This document shows, one piece after another, positions 28,220 through 38,196 of a DNA stretch of 64,000 nt. Position 1 is the first letter of the stretch. Every line of letters starts with the position of its first letter. The translations under genes were made by a program, and so were the position numbers. This stretch comes from Candidatus Zixiibacteriota bacterium (GTDB lineage: Bacteria; Zixibacteria; MSB-5A5; UBA10806; 4484-95): NCBI GenBank assembly GCA_021159005.1, contig JAGGSN010000187.1:6972-70971 (forward strand), given 5' to 3'. A model generated the notes under the pieces. It did no database searches. It saw only the letters and a program-made list of their open reading frames with translations, and was not told the DNA's origin.

Positions 28220-29047
28220 TTAATTTACATCCAAGTCATTGCCGGCATGTTTCTGCATATCCGGCCTGATTTTCAATTCTCTATTGTCTTCATCAATTTG
28301 ATAAGCCCAGTAAAACTCCATCGCGTCAGGATTATTATCAAAATCGGTTATCCATATTCGGGCGTAATGCCACTCATCGAAATGCCATAGCTTCAGCATG
28401 TACATATGCCCATCAATAGCCTCGACACTGTTAAAATCCGACCAGCCATCATCGGGAGCATAGCTTACATCATCGAAACCATCGGCATAGCCGAAATCCT
28501 GGATGTAATAATCATCATGACGGACATATATATAGAACGAGTTGTTATAATAGCTAAGGTAAATATCGCAATTGGTATAATCATCATACGGAACTCTTTC
28601 GCCCGCATAAAGATCGAAACCGGTATAATCGTAATAACTGTTTTCGTCATAAGCGTATATAACAGCATTAGCCCCTTCCGGGCGAGGTGTATCATAGGTA
28701 TAATCAGACAACTCTGATTCCTGGCCATCCTCGTCAATAGCGGTTACCGCATAGTAATATGTTTCACCATTATCAACAGCGTTATCAATCCAACTGGTAT
28801 AGTTTGATGATACCTCATTCTGAAAATAAAAGGTATTGTCCGGGCCGTTTGTATTGCGGTAAATAGCATATGTTTTGATATCCAGTTCGCCAACCGCATA
28901 CCAGGCAAGATAAATCGCCTCATCGGCGGTAATTGATGTTAAACCTGTCGGCGCGGCGGGTACGGGATCGACATAAGAAGTGTTTTCCTCACAGCCAACT
29001 ATAATCATGGCTACTAATACTATCATAATGCCCATAAGCTTTTTCAC
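28220..29047 (-). CDS. lipoprotein with fibronectin type III-like domain and Asp/Tyr-rich C-terminal region
   Basis: MKKLMGIMIVLVAMIIVGC lipobox; FN3-like PAAPTGL…YYYAVTAID; DY-rich tail. Confidence 0.55.
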   Translation of the reverse strand: MKKLMGIMIVLVAMIIVGCEENTSYVDPVPAAPTGLTSITADEAIYLAWYAVGELDIKTYAIYRNTNGPDNTFYFQNEVSSNYTSWIDNAVDNGETYYYAVTAIDEDGQESELSDYTYDTPRPEGANAVIYAYDENSYYDYTGFDLYAGERVPYDDYTNCDIYLSYYNNSFYIYVRHDDYYIQDFGYADGFDDVSYAPDDGWSDFNSVEAIDGHMYMLKLWHFDEWHYARIWITDFDNNPDAMEFYWAYQIDEDNRELKIRPDMQKHAGNDLDVN

Positions 29048-29264
29048 TGAAACCTCCTGTTGTTATCGTCTGATAATTAATTAATCAATAATCATGCCAA
29101 AATCGCTAATTCTGTAACATGCAGTCTTTCAGGGAGATATGGTTTTACGTAAAAATGTCGGTTGCTGTTATGCACAATATTTGTTCGTTTGGCAACTATA
29201 GTTGTGCATGGCTATTATTCACATTGCAGGGAAATCCGAGCCGCCTAAACATTTGATTCGGGGT

Positions 29265-29304
29265 TGTGTCAGTTTGCAGTCCGCCTAAGGCGGATGAACT
29301 GACA
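29265..29304. repeat. family-C long hairpin repeat copy 3
   Basis: tgtgtcagtttgcagtccgcctaaggcggatgaactgacaca. Confidence 0.7.
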
Positions 29305-29566
29305 CATATAGCGAAGACAGGAACCACTGCCTGATTCCGGTAATATAAAAGTATCAATGTTGATAGGGAAATATTCCTGACAACGCTTGAATTAATCACT
29401 CCCTGATAATTTTTTAAATTTTGTAAAAACAAAATAATATCAACTTTGTTAATTGTGGTTAGGTTATTCTATATAATTGTGATTCATAGTCTTAAATGGA
29501 ATTATTAATGTTAAGCAATTGGCTTGCCAAACCGATAAAATATTTTAAATGTTTTAAAAAAAGTTC

Positions 29567-29594
29567 TTGACACTCCGATAAGGAGTTTTATATT
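29567..29594 (+). promoter_or_regulatory. putative sigma70 promoter for tRNA-Thr/tuf (TTGACA-16-TATATT)
   Basis: read directly, ~50 nt upstream of tRNA. Confidence 0.45.
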
Positions 29595-29643
29595 GCAAGT
29601 CTGTCATTTAGAGGATGTTCTATTTCTCTATGTGATTAGGTGT

Positions 29644-29716
<73 letters not shown>

Positions 29717-29807
29717 ATTAAACAGAATATGGTTTGCCGAGTGTAGAAATTATTATTGCAGTTCGGTGATTAAATAATGAATTTATGTGGCAGGAGAAGG
29801 ATGACTG

Positions 29808-31016
29808 ATGGCCAAGGAGAAATTTGAGCGAACGAAACCGCATGTGAATGTAGGTACGATAGGTCATGTTGATCATGGCAAGACTACATTAACGGCGGCG
29901 ATGACGATGATATTGGGTCGCAAGGGTCAGGCGGCGGTTCGCGATTTTGATTCGATTGACAATGCTCCGGAGGAGCGTGAGCGCGGCATAACGATAGCGA
30001 CGGCGCATGTTGAGTATGAGACCGATAGGCGTCATTATGCTCATGTTGATTGTCCTGGTCACGCCGATTATGTTAAGAACATGATAACGGGTGCGGCCCA
30101 GATGGATGGCGCGATATTGGTAGTTAGCGCGGCGGATGGTCCGATGCCTCAGACGCGCGAGCATATATTATTGGCACGTCAGGTAGGAGTTCCTTACATA
30201 GTTGTATTCATGAACAAGATAGACCAGGTAGATGATCCTGAGTTATTAGACTTGGTGGAGCTTGAGGTACGGGATTTATTGAGTCAGTATCAATTTCCGG
30301 GTGATGACATTCCGATAATTCGTGGTTCGGCATTAGAGGCTATGAATCGCGGCGCTGATGAGAGCGTACCTTATGATGATCCTGCTTTTAAGTGTGTGCA
30401 TGAGTTGATGGATGCGGTAGACAGCTATATACCGGAGCCGAAGCGTGATATTGACAAGCCGTTTTTATTGCCGATAGAGGATGTATTTTCGATAACGGGT
30501 CGAGGTACGGTAGGAACGGGTCGAGTTGAGCGCGGCAAGATAAAGACCGGTGATCCTGTTGAGCGTGTTGGTGTTAGGGAGACTCGCAAGACGGTAGTAA
30601 CGGGTGTTGAGATGTTTCGGAAGATATTGGATTATGCTCAGGCGGGCGATAATGTAGGTTTGTTATTGCGCGGAGTAGATAAGAATGATCTTGAGCGCGG
30701 CATGGTTTTGGCGGCGCCTGGCAGTATTAAGCCGCACAAGAAGTTTAAGGGAGAGGTATACATTTTGACGAAGGAAGAGGGTGGTCGTCACACGCCGTTT
30801 TTCAATGGTTATCGTCCGCAGTTTTATTTTCGGACGACGGATGTAACAGGTACGGTGAAGCTTCCGGAAGGTGTTGAGATGGTAATGCCTGGTGATAATG
30901 TAACAGTAGAAGGCGAGTTAATAACGCCGATAGCGATGGAGAAAGAGCTTCGTTTTGCTATCCGTGAAGGCGGCCGCACCGTAGGCGCCGGCGTTATTAG
31001 CGAAATAATAGAGTAA
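29808..31016 (+). CDS. tuf: elongation factor Tu (copy 1, tufB-type position)
   Basis: [25 protein letters not shown]; 402 aa; identical to the copy at 45482. Confidence 0.95.
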   Translation: MAKEKFERTKPHVNVGTIGHVDHGKTTLTAAMTMILGRKGQAAVRDFDSIDNAPEERERGITIATAHVEYETDRRHYAHVDCPGHADYVKNMITGAAQMDGAILVVSAADGPMPQTREHILLARQVGVPYIVVFMNKIDQVDDPELLDLVELEVRDLLSQYQFPGDDIPIIRGSALEAMNRGADESVPYDDPAFKCVHELMDAVDSYIPEPKRDIDKPFLLPIEDVFSITGRGTVGTGRVERGKIKTGDPVERVGVRETRKTVVTGVEMFRKILDYAQAGDNVGLLLRGVDKNDLERGMVLAAPGSIKPHKKFKGEVYILTKEEGGRHTPFFNGYRPQFYFRTTDVTGTVKLPEGVEMVMPGDNVTVEGELITPIAMEKELRFAIREGGRTVGAGVISEIIE

Positions 31017-31027
31017 AGAGGTATTCA

Positions 31028-31192
31028 ATGGCTAAAGATAGAAAGCGGCCGATTGTTATACTTGAATGTGTTGAGTGTAAAAATAGAAATTATAATACAA
31101 CTAAAAATAAAAGGAAGCATCCGGAACGAATAGAACATAAAAAGTATTGCCCGACATGCAATAAGCATGTTATGCATAAGGAAACAAGATAA
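31028..31192 (+). CDS. rpmG: 50S ribosomal protein L33
   Basis: [54 protein letters not shown]; below ORF-track size cutoff. Confidence 0.8.
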   Translation: MAKDRKRPIVILECVECKNRNYNTTKNKRKHPERIEHKKYCPTCNKHVMHKETR

Positions 31193-31199
31193 TACTTTT

Positions 31200-31272
31200 A
31201 GGACAGTAGCTCTAATGGTAGAGCGCCGGTCTCCAAAACCGGATGCTGGGGGTTCGAGTCCCTCCTGTCCTG
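31200..31272 (+). tRNA. tRNA-Trp (anticodon CCA)
   Basis: acceptor AGGACAG/CTGTCCT, anticodon loop cTCCAAAa, T-arm GGTTCGAGTCC. Confidence 0.85.
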
Positions 31273-31284
31273 AATGGAGTTTTT

Positions 31285-31470
31285 ATGATAAAAAAGACAG
31301 TTAAATTTGTTACTGAAGTTAGACAAGAACTGACAAAAGTCGCGTGGCCAGCGAAAATAGAATTGCGTGATTCTACGATTGTGGTGATTATTTTTTCGCT
31401 GATTTTATCAATATTCATCGGAATAGTTGATACGGGTTTGACAAAAGCCACAACCCTTATTTTCAGGTAG
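31285..31470 (+). CDS. secE: preprotein translocase subunit SecE
   Basis: MIKKTVKFVTEVRQELTKVAWP + single TM; start set to ATG after the tRNA. Confidence 0.8.
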   Translation: MIKKTVKFVTEVRQELTKVAWPAKIELRDSTIVVIIFSLILSIFIGIVDTGLTKATTLIFR

Positions 31471-31477
31471 GAATATT

Positions 31478-32008
31478 ATGGCTAAAAGGTGGTACGTAGC
31501 TCATACATATTCAGGCCATGAATATAAAGCAAAAAAATATCTTGAAAGCGCTATCGAGGGGAATAACCTTGACGAAGCTTTTGGCGATATACTTGTTCCT
31601 ACTGAAGAAATAGTGGAAATGAAGCAGGGCAAACGCTCAACTTCAGTAAAAAAATTCTTGCCCAGCTATATTTTAGTTGAAATGGAGCTGAGCAAGGATG
31701 CTCAAAATCTCGTTACCTCAACGCCCGGAATAACCAACTTCGTTGGCGCATCCGGCAAACCCGTACCGCTTCGTAAAAATGAGGTAACCAGAATCATGCA
31801 GCAAATTGACCGCTCGAAGAACCGTGATGTTCTTGATATACCTTATAAAATAGGCGAGGCGGTCAAGGTTGTCGATGGACCGTTTTCAGACTTTGCTGGA
31901 ACTGTTAGCGAGGTCAATCCCGAACGCAGAAAATTAAAAGTTATGGTTTCAATTTTCGGAAGGCCAACTCCGGTCGAACTGGATTATCTTCAGGTGAAAT
32001 CTCTTTAA
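31478..32008 (+). CDS. nusG: transcription termination/antitermination factor NusG
   Basis: WYVAHTYSGHE NGN domain, KOW GEAVKVVDGPFSDFAGTV. Confidence 0.9.
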   Translation: MAKRWYVAHTYSGHEYKAKKYLESAIEGNNLDEAFGDILVPTEEIVEMKQGKRSTSVKKFLPSYILVEMELSKDAQNLVTSTPGITNFVGASGKPVPLRKNEVTRIMQQIDRSKNRDVLDIPYKIGEAVKVVDGPFSDFAGTVSEVNPERRKLKVMVSIFGRPTPVELDYLQVKSL

Positions 32009-32026
32009 AGCTGATAAGGAGCTGTT

Positions 32027-32449
32027 GTGGCTAAAAAAATAATAGGTACAGTCAAACTTCAAATACCGGCGGGCAATGCCACTCCGGCGCCGCCAGTAGG
32101 TCCTGCTTTGGGTCAGGCAGGCATAAACATTATGGAATTTTGCAAAGCCTTCAATTCCCGAACTAAATCTCAAGCCGGCTTGATTATTCCAGCTGTTATT
32201 ACTGTTTATGCTGATAAGTCGTTTACGTTTATTACTAAAACGCCGCCGGCAGCAGTTTTACTGAAAAAAGCCGCCAAACTTGAAAAAGGCTCGGGAGAGC
32301 CTAACAAAAATAAGGTTGGCGTTGTCAAAAAATCCCAAGTCAGGGAAATTGCAGAACTTAAGATGACAGATTTAAATGCCGGTTCTGTTGAAATGGCTGA
32401 GAGAATGATTGAGGGTACCGCCCGTAGTATGGGCATCGAAGTTCGGTGA
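32027..32449 (+). CDS. rplK: 50S ribosomal protein L11
   Basis: [35 protein letters not shown]. Confidence 0.95.
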   Translation: MAKKIIGTVKLQIPAGNATPAPPVGPALGQAGINIMEFCKAFNSRTKSQAGLIIPAVITVYADKSFTFITKTPPAAVLLKKAAKLEKGSGEPNKNKVGVVKKSQVREIAELKMTDLNAGSVEMAERMIEGTARSMGIEVR

Positions 32450-32577
32450 TAATCAGGTATTGAAAAGCTGAAATAATTTAAAAGGTAAAATTACTTTTAA
32501 TGGTTTGATAGTTGGAACAAAGAATAATTATTTCTTAGGATAAATAAGGTCGTTAAGGGGAGACCAAAGGAGTTTAG

Positions 32578-33279
32578 TTGAAAAGAGGAAAAAAATACAA
32601 AGAAGCCGCGGAAAAAGTGGAAAAAACCAAAGCTTATACCCTGGCTGAGGCTTTTGAAGTTATTCGTAAAACCGCGACTGCCAAGTTTGATGAGACTATT
32701 GAGGTCTCATGCCGTCTGGGGGTTGACCCCAGAAAAGCCGACCAGATGATTAGGGGAACCGTATTGCTTCCCCATGGCACCGGCAAAAAAGTGCGAGTGC
32801 TGGTATTGACGAAAGGTGAAAAAGCCTCCGAAGCTGAGGCAGCCGGAGCGGATATGGTCGGCGCTGATGATTATATCGAAAAAATTAAAGGTGGCTGGGC
32901 TGATGTTGATGCTATTGTAGCGACACCGGATATGATGGGAAGCATCGGACGCCTTGGCAAGCTTTTGGGACCTAAGGGGCTTATGCCAAACCCCAAAGCC
33001 GGTACGGTAACTAATAATATTGCCAAAGCGGTTAAAGACTTGAAAGCCGGTAAAATCGAATACCGGGTTGATAAAACCAGCAACATCCATTGCGGTGTCG
33101 GAAAACTGTCATTTAACGATGAACAATTAATCGATAATGCTAAAGTGTTTTTCGGAGCGATTGTTAGAGCCAAGCCAGTATCTGCTAAGGGAACATATAT
33201 GAAAAATGCTTCTATATGTTCGACGATGGGACCTGGAATAAAATTGGACACATCAGAAATTTTAACTTTTGCCAGGTAA
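32578..33279 (+). CDS. rplA: 50S ribosomal protein L1
   Basis: KRGKKYKEA…[16 protein letters not shown]; non-ATG start. Confidence 0.9.
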   Translation: MKRGKKYKEAAEKVEKTKAYTLAEAFEVIRKTATAKFDETIEVSCRLGVDPRKADQMIRGTVLLPHGTGKKVRVLVLTKGEKASEAEAAGADMVGADDYIEKIKGGWADVDAIVATPDMMGSIGRLGKLLGPKGLMPNPKAGTVTNNIAKAVKDLKAGKIEYRVDKTSNIHCGVGKLSFNDEQLIDNAKVFFGAIVRAKPVSAKGTYMKNASICSTMGPGIKLDTSEILTFAR

Positions 33280-33802
33280 GGTTTATATGCCGACTAAAGA
33301 AAAAGAAAATAAGATTAAACTTATTAAAGATAAAATCGCCGATTCTAACTGTATTATTGTAACGGATCACACCGGCGTAAATGTTAATGACATTACAATC
33401 TTAAGGCGAGAACTGAAAAAAACCAATGCCGAATTACGAGTCGCTAAGAATACTCTAATGTCTTTAGCAGTTAAAGAAACGGAACTGGAAAAACTGACTG
33501 ATATTTTTGTCGGACCATCCTCATTGGTATTTGGCTTTGATGATCCGTCGGTTCCAGCCCGGATAATCTATGATTTTGGAAAGAAAACCGATAAGCCTAA
33601 AGTGAAAGCATTCGTTCTTGAAAATCGACTTTTGAGTGTAGAGGATTATAAAAAAATCGCTCAATTGCCGCCCAAAGAACAGGTTTTGGCTATGGTTGTT
33701 GGCGCTGTACAGGGGCCAATCACCGGATTTGTAATGACACTTGATGGTGTTATCAGGAATTTTATCGGTTTAGTGGATGCGTTAGCTGAAAAGAAAAGTT
33801 GA
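33269..33802 (+). CDS. rplJ: 50S ribosomal protein L10
   Basis: position and length; start may be the ATG at 33287. Confidence 0.85.
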   Translation: MPGKVYMPTKEKENKIKLIKDKIADSNCIIVTDHTGVNVNDITILRRELKKTNAELRVAKNTLMSLAVKETELEKLTDIFVGPSSLVFGFDDPSVPARIIYDFGKKTDKPKVKAFVLENRLLSVEDYKKIAQLPPKEQVLAMVVGAVQGPITGFVMTLDGVIRNFIGLVDALAEKKS

Positions 33803-33942
33803 AAGTTTATGGCAAAATGACAACGCTTCTGATTGCTTGAATTGACCGTCAAATATTAGCAATCTGTCAAAGTAGCTGTAAGCTTTAAATAATGACGGAG
33901 CAGGAAAGTACAAAAGAAAATAGTTAAAAGTAGAGGTTTGAA

Positions 33943-34314
33943 ATGGGTAATAAAATTGAAGAAGCTTTCGATATTATTAAAGAGATGACAGTAATAGAAT
34001 TGTCTGATTTATCAAAAAAAATGCAGGATGAATTCGGTGTTTCTGCCGCTATCGCTGCCGCTCCTGCCGCTGCCGCTCCGGCTGCTGCCGAAGAGGAAGA
34101 ACAAACAGAATTTAATGTTGTTTTGGAATCTATTGGCGACAAGAAAATTCAGGTTATAAAAGCCGTGCGCGAACTCACCAGTCTTGGCTTGAAAGAAGCT
34201 AAAGAAGTGGTCGATAAAGCTCCAGGCAATGTCAAAGAAGGCGTTAGTAAAGAAGAAGCGGAAGCAGCCAAGACTAAACTTGAGGAAGCCGGCGCTTCTG
34301 TTCAGATAAAATAA
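33943..34314 (+). CDS. rplL: 50S ribosomal protein L7/L12
   Basis: Ala-rich hinge [36 protein letters not shown]. Confidence 0.95.
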   Translation: MGNKIEEAFDIIKEMTVIELSDLSKKMQDEFGVSAAIAAAPAAAAPAAAEEEEQTEFNVVLESIGDKKIQVIKAVRELTSLGLKEAKEVVDKAPGNVKEGVSKEEAEAAKTKLEEAGASVQIK

Positions 34315-34370
34315 GTGATTTGATTAGATAACATTAATATTTATCATTTAATTGATATGGGAGGGACTTC

Positions 34371-37300
34371 GTGAGTTTAAAGAATGGAAACGGACGAGTC
34401 TCTTTTTCCAGGCTTGAGACTATTTTAAAGCCGCCGCACCTTTTAGCGGTTCAGACAGATTCATTTGAAAGCTTTATGCAGGCTAAGGTTGATCCTGATG
34501 AAAGGAAAAACCAGGGTTTGCAGGCAGTCTTTCAGTCTATGTTCCCTATTACGGATGTCCATGAGATTTATTCTTTGGAATTCGTGAGGTATACTATTGA
34601 GGAGCCGAGGTATTCAATGGTCGAATGCCAGGAACGCAATATGTCTTTTGGGTCAGCTCTTAAAGCTACCCTGCGTTTAGTCGTTAGGGAAGGCGAGGGC
34701 GAGGATGCCAAGGTAAAGGATATTATCGAACAGGATGTGTTCTTAGGTGAACTTCCCCAAATGACCGAAAAGGGAACCTTTATTATTAATGGCGCCGAAA
34801 GAGTTGTGGTTAGTCAGCTCCATCGTTCTCCCGGTGTTTTCTTTGATGAGACTATTCATCCTAACGGCAAAAAACTTTTTTCCGCCAGAATTATTCCATA
34901 CCGCGGTTCATGGGTGGAATTTTCTCTTGATATTAATGATATAATGTTTGTCCATATTGATTCGCGCCGCAAACTATCCGCTACCACGCTTTTGAGGGCT
35001 ATAGGCATTTCGACGGATGAAGACCTACTCAATACTTTTTGCAAAGTTAAAACGGAATCGTTTTCCTCGAAGAAGGCTCCAAAACTGGTAGATAGGTTTA
35101 CAGCCGCTCCGATTGTCGACCCGAACACCGGCGAGATCATTATAGAAGCCGGCGAACTACTTGCTGAAGCTGATATTGAAAAACTTGTAGAATTGCAAAT
35201 CTCAAAAATAAAATTGATTGATATTAACCTGGCTCACGAAACTCCGGTAATCATTAATTCTATTGCGAAGGATAAAAAGGAAAATATCCGCGACGAAGAG
35301 GGTGCTCTTCAGCGTCTGTATTCTTTGATTCGTCCGGGTGACGCTCCTACTATGGAATTGGCCAAATCCCTTCTTGAAAGGATGTTTTTTAATCCCAAGC
35401 GGTATGATCTTGGCGAAGTAGGCCGTTATATGATAAATCAGCGGCTTAACCTCGATATCCCTGTTGAGCAAACTGTTCTGGATAAAACTGATTTTATTTC
35501 CATAGTTAAATATCTTATCGACCTTCGAAATAATATTGGTGATGTTGACGATATTGACCATCTTGGCAATAGACGTTCGAGGTCGGTGGGCGAGCTTCTC
35601 GGCAATCAGTTCTCAATTGGATTGTCGCGCATGGCTAGAACAATCAAGGAAAGAATGAGCCTAAGAAGCGATGAGACTCCTACGCCTCACGAATTGGTTA
35701 ACGCGCGAACCGTGTCATCGGTGATAGATACTTTTTTCGGTTCGTCCCAGCTTTCCCAGTTTATGGATCAAACTAATCCTTTAGCGGAACTTACGCATAA
35801 GAGAAGATTGTCGGCTTTGGGACCAGGCGGACTAACAAGAGAGAGAGCCGGTTTTAAAGTTAGGGATGTTCATCATACACATTATGGAAGAATGTGCCCA
35901 ATCGAAACCCCAGAGGGTCCTAATATCGGATTGATTAATTCTATGGCAACATACGCTCGAATCAATAAATATGGTTTTCTCGAAACGCCATACCGCAAAG
36001 TTATTAAAGGTAAAGCAACTAATAAAATCGAATATCTTACTGCCGATGTTGAGGACCGATTTATTGTTGCTCAAGCTAACGAACCAATTATGGAAAACGG
36101 AGAATTCACTAACAAGATAATCACCGCAAGAAAAAAAGGCGACCTTGTTTCCGTTACACCTAAAGAGATTGCTTATATGGATGTTGCTCCTATGCAGCTT
36201 GTTTCAATAGCAGCGTCATTAATACCGTTTCTTGAGCATGATGATGCTAACCGGGCTTTGATGGGGTCGAATATGCAGCGCCAGGGAGTCCCGCTTTTAG
36301 AAACTGAATCGCCTATTATCGGAACCGGTATTGAGGGAGTTGCCGCTATCGATTCGCATGCGGCTATTACCGCAAAAAGAAGCGGAATGGTCGAATACGC
36401 CTCAGCTGAGCAAATTATTATTAAACCTAATGTCAAAGATATGAATAAATCTTTAGACATTATGGATTTTGATACATATAAATTGCTGAAATTTGCCCGC
36501 TCCAATCAGGATACCTGCATTAGTTATAAACCGATAGTCAAGGCAGGCATGGAGGTTAAGGCTGGCCAGCCAATCGCTGATGGCCCGGCTACTTCAAATG
36601 GCGAATTGGCGTTGGGCAAGAACGTATTAGTAGCTTTTATGCCTTGGCGCGGTTATAATTTTGAGGATGCTATTATTGTTTCGGAAAGATTAATTATCGA
36701 TGATGTCTTTACTTCTATTCATATCGAAACTTTTGAAATTCAGGTGCGGGACACTAAAAGGGGCACTGAGGAAATAACTCGTGAAATACCTAATGTTTCC
36801 GAGGAAGCGTTGGTAAATCTCGATGAAACAGGCATTGCCAGAATAGGTGCCGAAGTAGAAGCCGGCGATATCTTAGTCGGCAAGGTAACGCCTAAAGGCG
36901 AAACAGAACTTTCTCCCGAAGAGAGATTATTGCGGGCAATTTTTGGCGAAAAAGCCGGTGATGTCAGGGATGCTTCCCTGAAAGCCCCTCCGGGGATGAA
37001 TGGAATTGTTATTGACAGCAAACTTTTTTCTCGAAAAAGCCGTTCGTCCGATGAAGCTAAGAAACAGGAACGAAAAGAAATATCGAGAATAAAGAAAGAT
37101 TTTGCCAAACAGATAGACTATATCGTTCAATTGCGAAATACGCGGATGGGCGAATTTCTTGCCAACCAAACCTCGCGAGTAGTCAAAGACGAAAATGGTG
37201 AAATAATAGTTAAACCCGGCTCAAAAATCCATAAGGATACATTCATTAGTTTCAAAAGCGCTGTTATAACTGCTGAAAATGGTTTCGTTGCTGATGAAAA

Positions 37301-38153
37301 ATTAAACAAAGAAGCTATTAAATTATGCCGGCAAGCCAAAGATCTGATAGCCAAAAAGGAATCTCAACGAGAGATAGAAATAGAAAAAGTAGTTCGCGGC
37401 ACTGAATTGCCTCCGGGAGTAGTACAGCTTGTCAAAGTGAAGATAGCGATTAAACGGCATCTCTCCGTTGGCGATAAAATGGCTGGCCGCCATGGAAATA
37501 AAGGCGTAATTGCCAAAATTGTGCCGATTGAAGATATGCCGTATTTACCTGACGGCACTCCTTTGGACATCCTCTTGAATCCATTGGGCGTGCCATCACG
37601 TATGAATGTTGGCCAGCTTCTTGAAACACATCTTGGCTGGGCTGCTAAAGAATTGGGACTGAAAATAGCTACGCCTGTTTTTGATGGTGCAACCGAAGCT
37701 CAAATCAAAGAATACTTGAAAAAAGCCGGACTTCCCGAAAACGGCAAATCTGTCGTCTATGATGGTTTTACCGGCGAACCGTTTGCCAATGAAATTACGA
37801 TTGGCTGCATTTACATGATGAAGCTCTCACATTTGGTTGACGACAAGATACATGCCCGTTCCATCGGACCATACTCGTTAGTTACGCAGCAGCCTTTGGG
37901 CGGTAAAGCTCAATTTGGCGGGCAGCGGTTTGGTGAAATGGAGGTTTGGGCATTAGAGGCTTATGGCGCTTCCCATGTTTTGCAGGAAATGCTGACCGTA
38001 AAATCTGATGATGTTGCGGGCAGATCGCGCATATACGAAGCTATTGTGAAGGGTGAAAATCCTCCCGAACCGGGCGTGCCCGAATCGTTTAATGTTCTTG
38101 TCAAAGAGCTTCAGGCTCTTGGGCTGGATGTTGAATTGGTAGAGAAAGAATAA
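34371..38153 (+). CDS. rpoB: DNA-directed RNA polymerase subunit beta
   Basis: 1260 aa; [18 protein letters not shown], rifampicin-region motifs. Confidence 0.95.
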   Translation: MSLKNGNGRVSFSRLETILKPPHLLAVQTDSFESFMQAKVDPDERKNQGLQAVFQSMFPITDVHEIYSLEFVRYTIEEPRYSMVECQERNMSFGSALKATLRLVVREGEGEDAKVKDIIEQDVFLGELPQMTEKGTFIINGAERVVVSQLHRSPGVFFDETIHPNGKKLFSARIIPYRGSWVEFSLDINDIMFVHIDSRRKLSATTLLRAIGISTDEDLLNTFCKVKTESFSSKKAPKLVDRFTAAPIVDPNTGEIIIEAGELLAEADIEKLVELQISKIKLIDINLAHETPVIINSIAKDKKENIRDEEGALQRLYSLIRPGDAPTMELAKSLLERMFFNPKRYDLGEVGRYMINQRLNLDIPVEQTVLDKTDFISIVKYLIDLRNNIGDVDDIDHLGNRRSRSVGELLGNQFSIGLSRMARTIKERMSLRSDETPTPHELVNARTVSSVIDTFFGSSQLSQFMDQTNPLAELTHKRRLSALGPGGLTRERAGFKVRDVHHTHYGRMCPIETPEGPNIGLINSMATYARINKYGFLETPYRKVIKGKATNKIEYLTADVEDRFIVAQANEPIMENGEFTNKIITARKKGDLVSVTPKEIAYMDVAPMQLVSIAASLIPFLEHDDANRALMGSNMQRQGVPLLETESPIIGTGIEGVAAIDSHAAITAKRSGMVEYASAEQIIIKPNVKDMNKSLDIMDFDTYKLLKFARSNQDTCISYKPIVKAGMEVKAGQPIADGPATSNGELALGKNVLVAFMPWRGYNFEDAIIVSERLIIDDVFTSIHIETFEIQVRDTKRGTEEITREIPNVSEEALVNLDETGIARIGAEVEAGDILVGKVTPKGETELSPEERLLRAIFGEKAGDVRDASLKAPPGMNGIVIDSKLFSRKSRSSDEAKKQERKEISRIKKDFAKQIDYIVQLRNTRMGEFLANQTSRVVKDENGEIIVKPGSKIHKDTFISFKSAVITAENGFVADEKLNKEAIKLCRQAKDLIAKKESQREIEIEKVVRGTELPPGVVQLVKVKIAIKRHLSVGDKMAGRHGNKGVIAKIVPIEDMPYLPDGTPLDILLNPLGVPSRMNVGQLLETHLGWAAKELGLKIATPVFDGATEAQIKEYLKKAGLPENGKSVVYDGFTGEPFANEITIGCIYMMKLSHLVDDKIHARSIGPYSLVTQQPLGGKAQFGGQRFGEMEVWALEAYGASHVLQEMLTVKSDDVAGRSRIYEAIVKGENPPEPGVPESFNVLVKELQALGLDVELVEKE

Positions 38154-38196
38154 CTTTCAAGTGGAAATATTAATGCCATTGCGTAGGAGACTTTAA

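Noticed and set aside
31243-31284. Track start of secE at 31243
   Set aside because: Overlaps the tRNA-Trp gene. The downstream ATG at 31285 gives the conserved SecE N-terminus.
32450-32577. Possible L1-binding autoregulatory leader between rplK and rplA
   Set aside because: Could not identify the characteristic L1-binding helix/bulge motif by eye with confidence. Would need a covariance-model search (Rfam L1 leader).
34856-37570. Multiple 60-120 aa antisense ORFs inside rpoB, rpoC, mutS2, fusA and ribosomal genes
   Set aside because: Nested or antisense within strongly supported conserved genes, with low-complexity translations. Expected by chance in AT-rich DNA.
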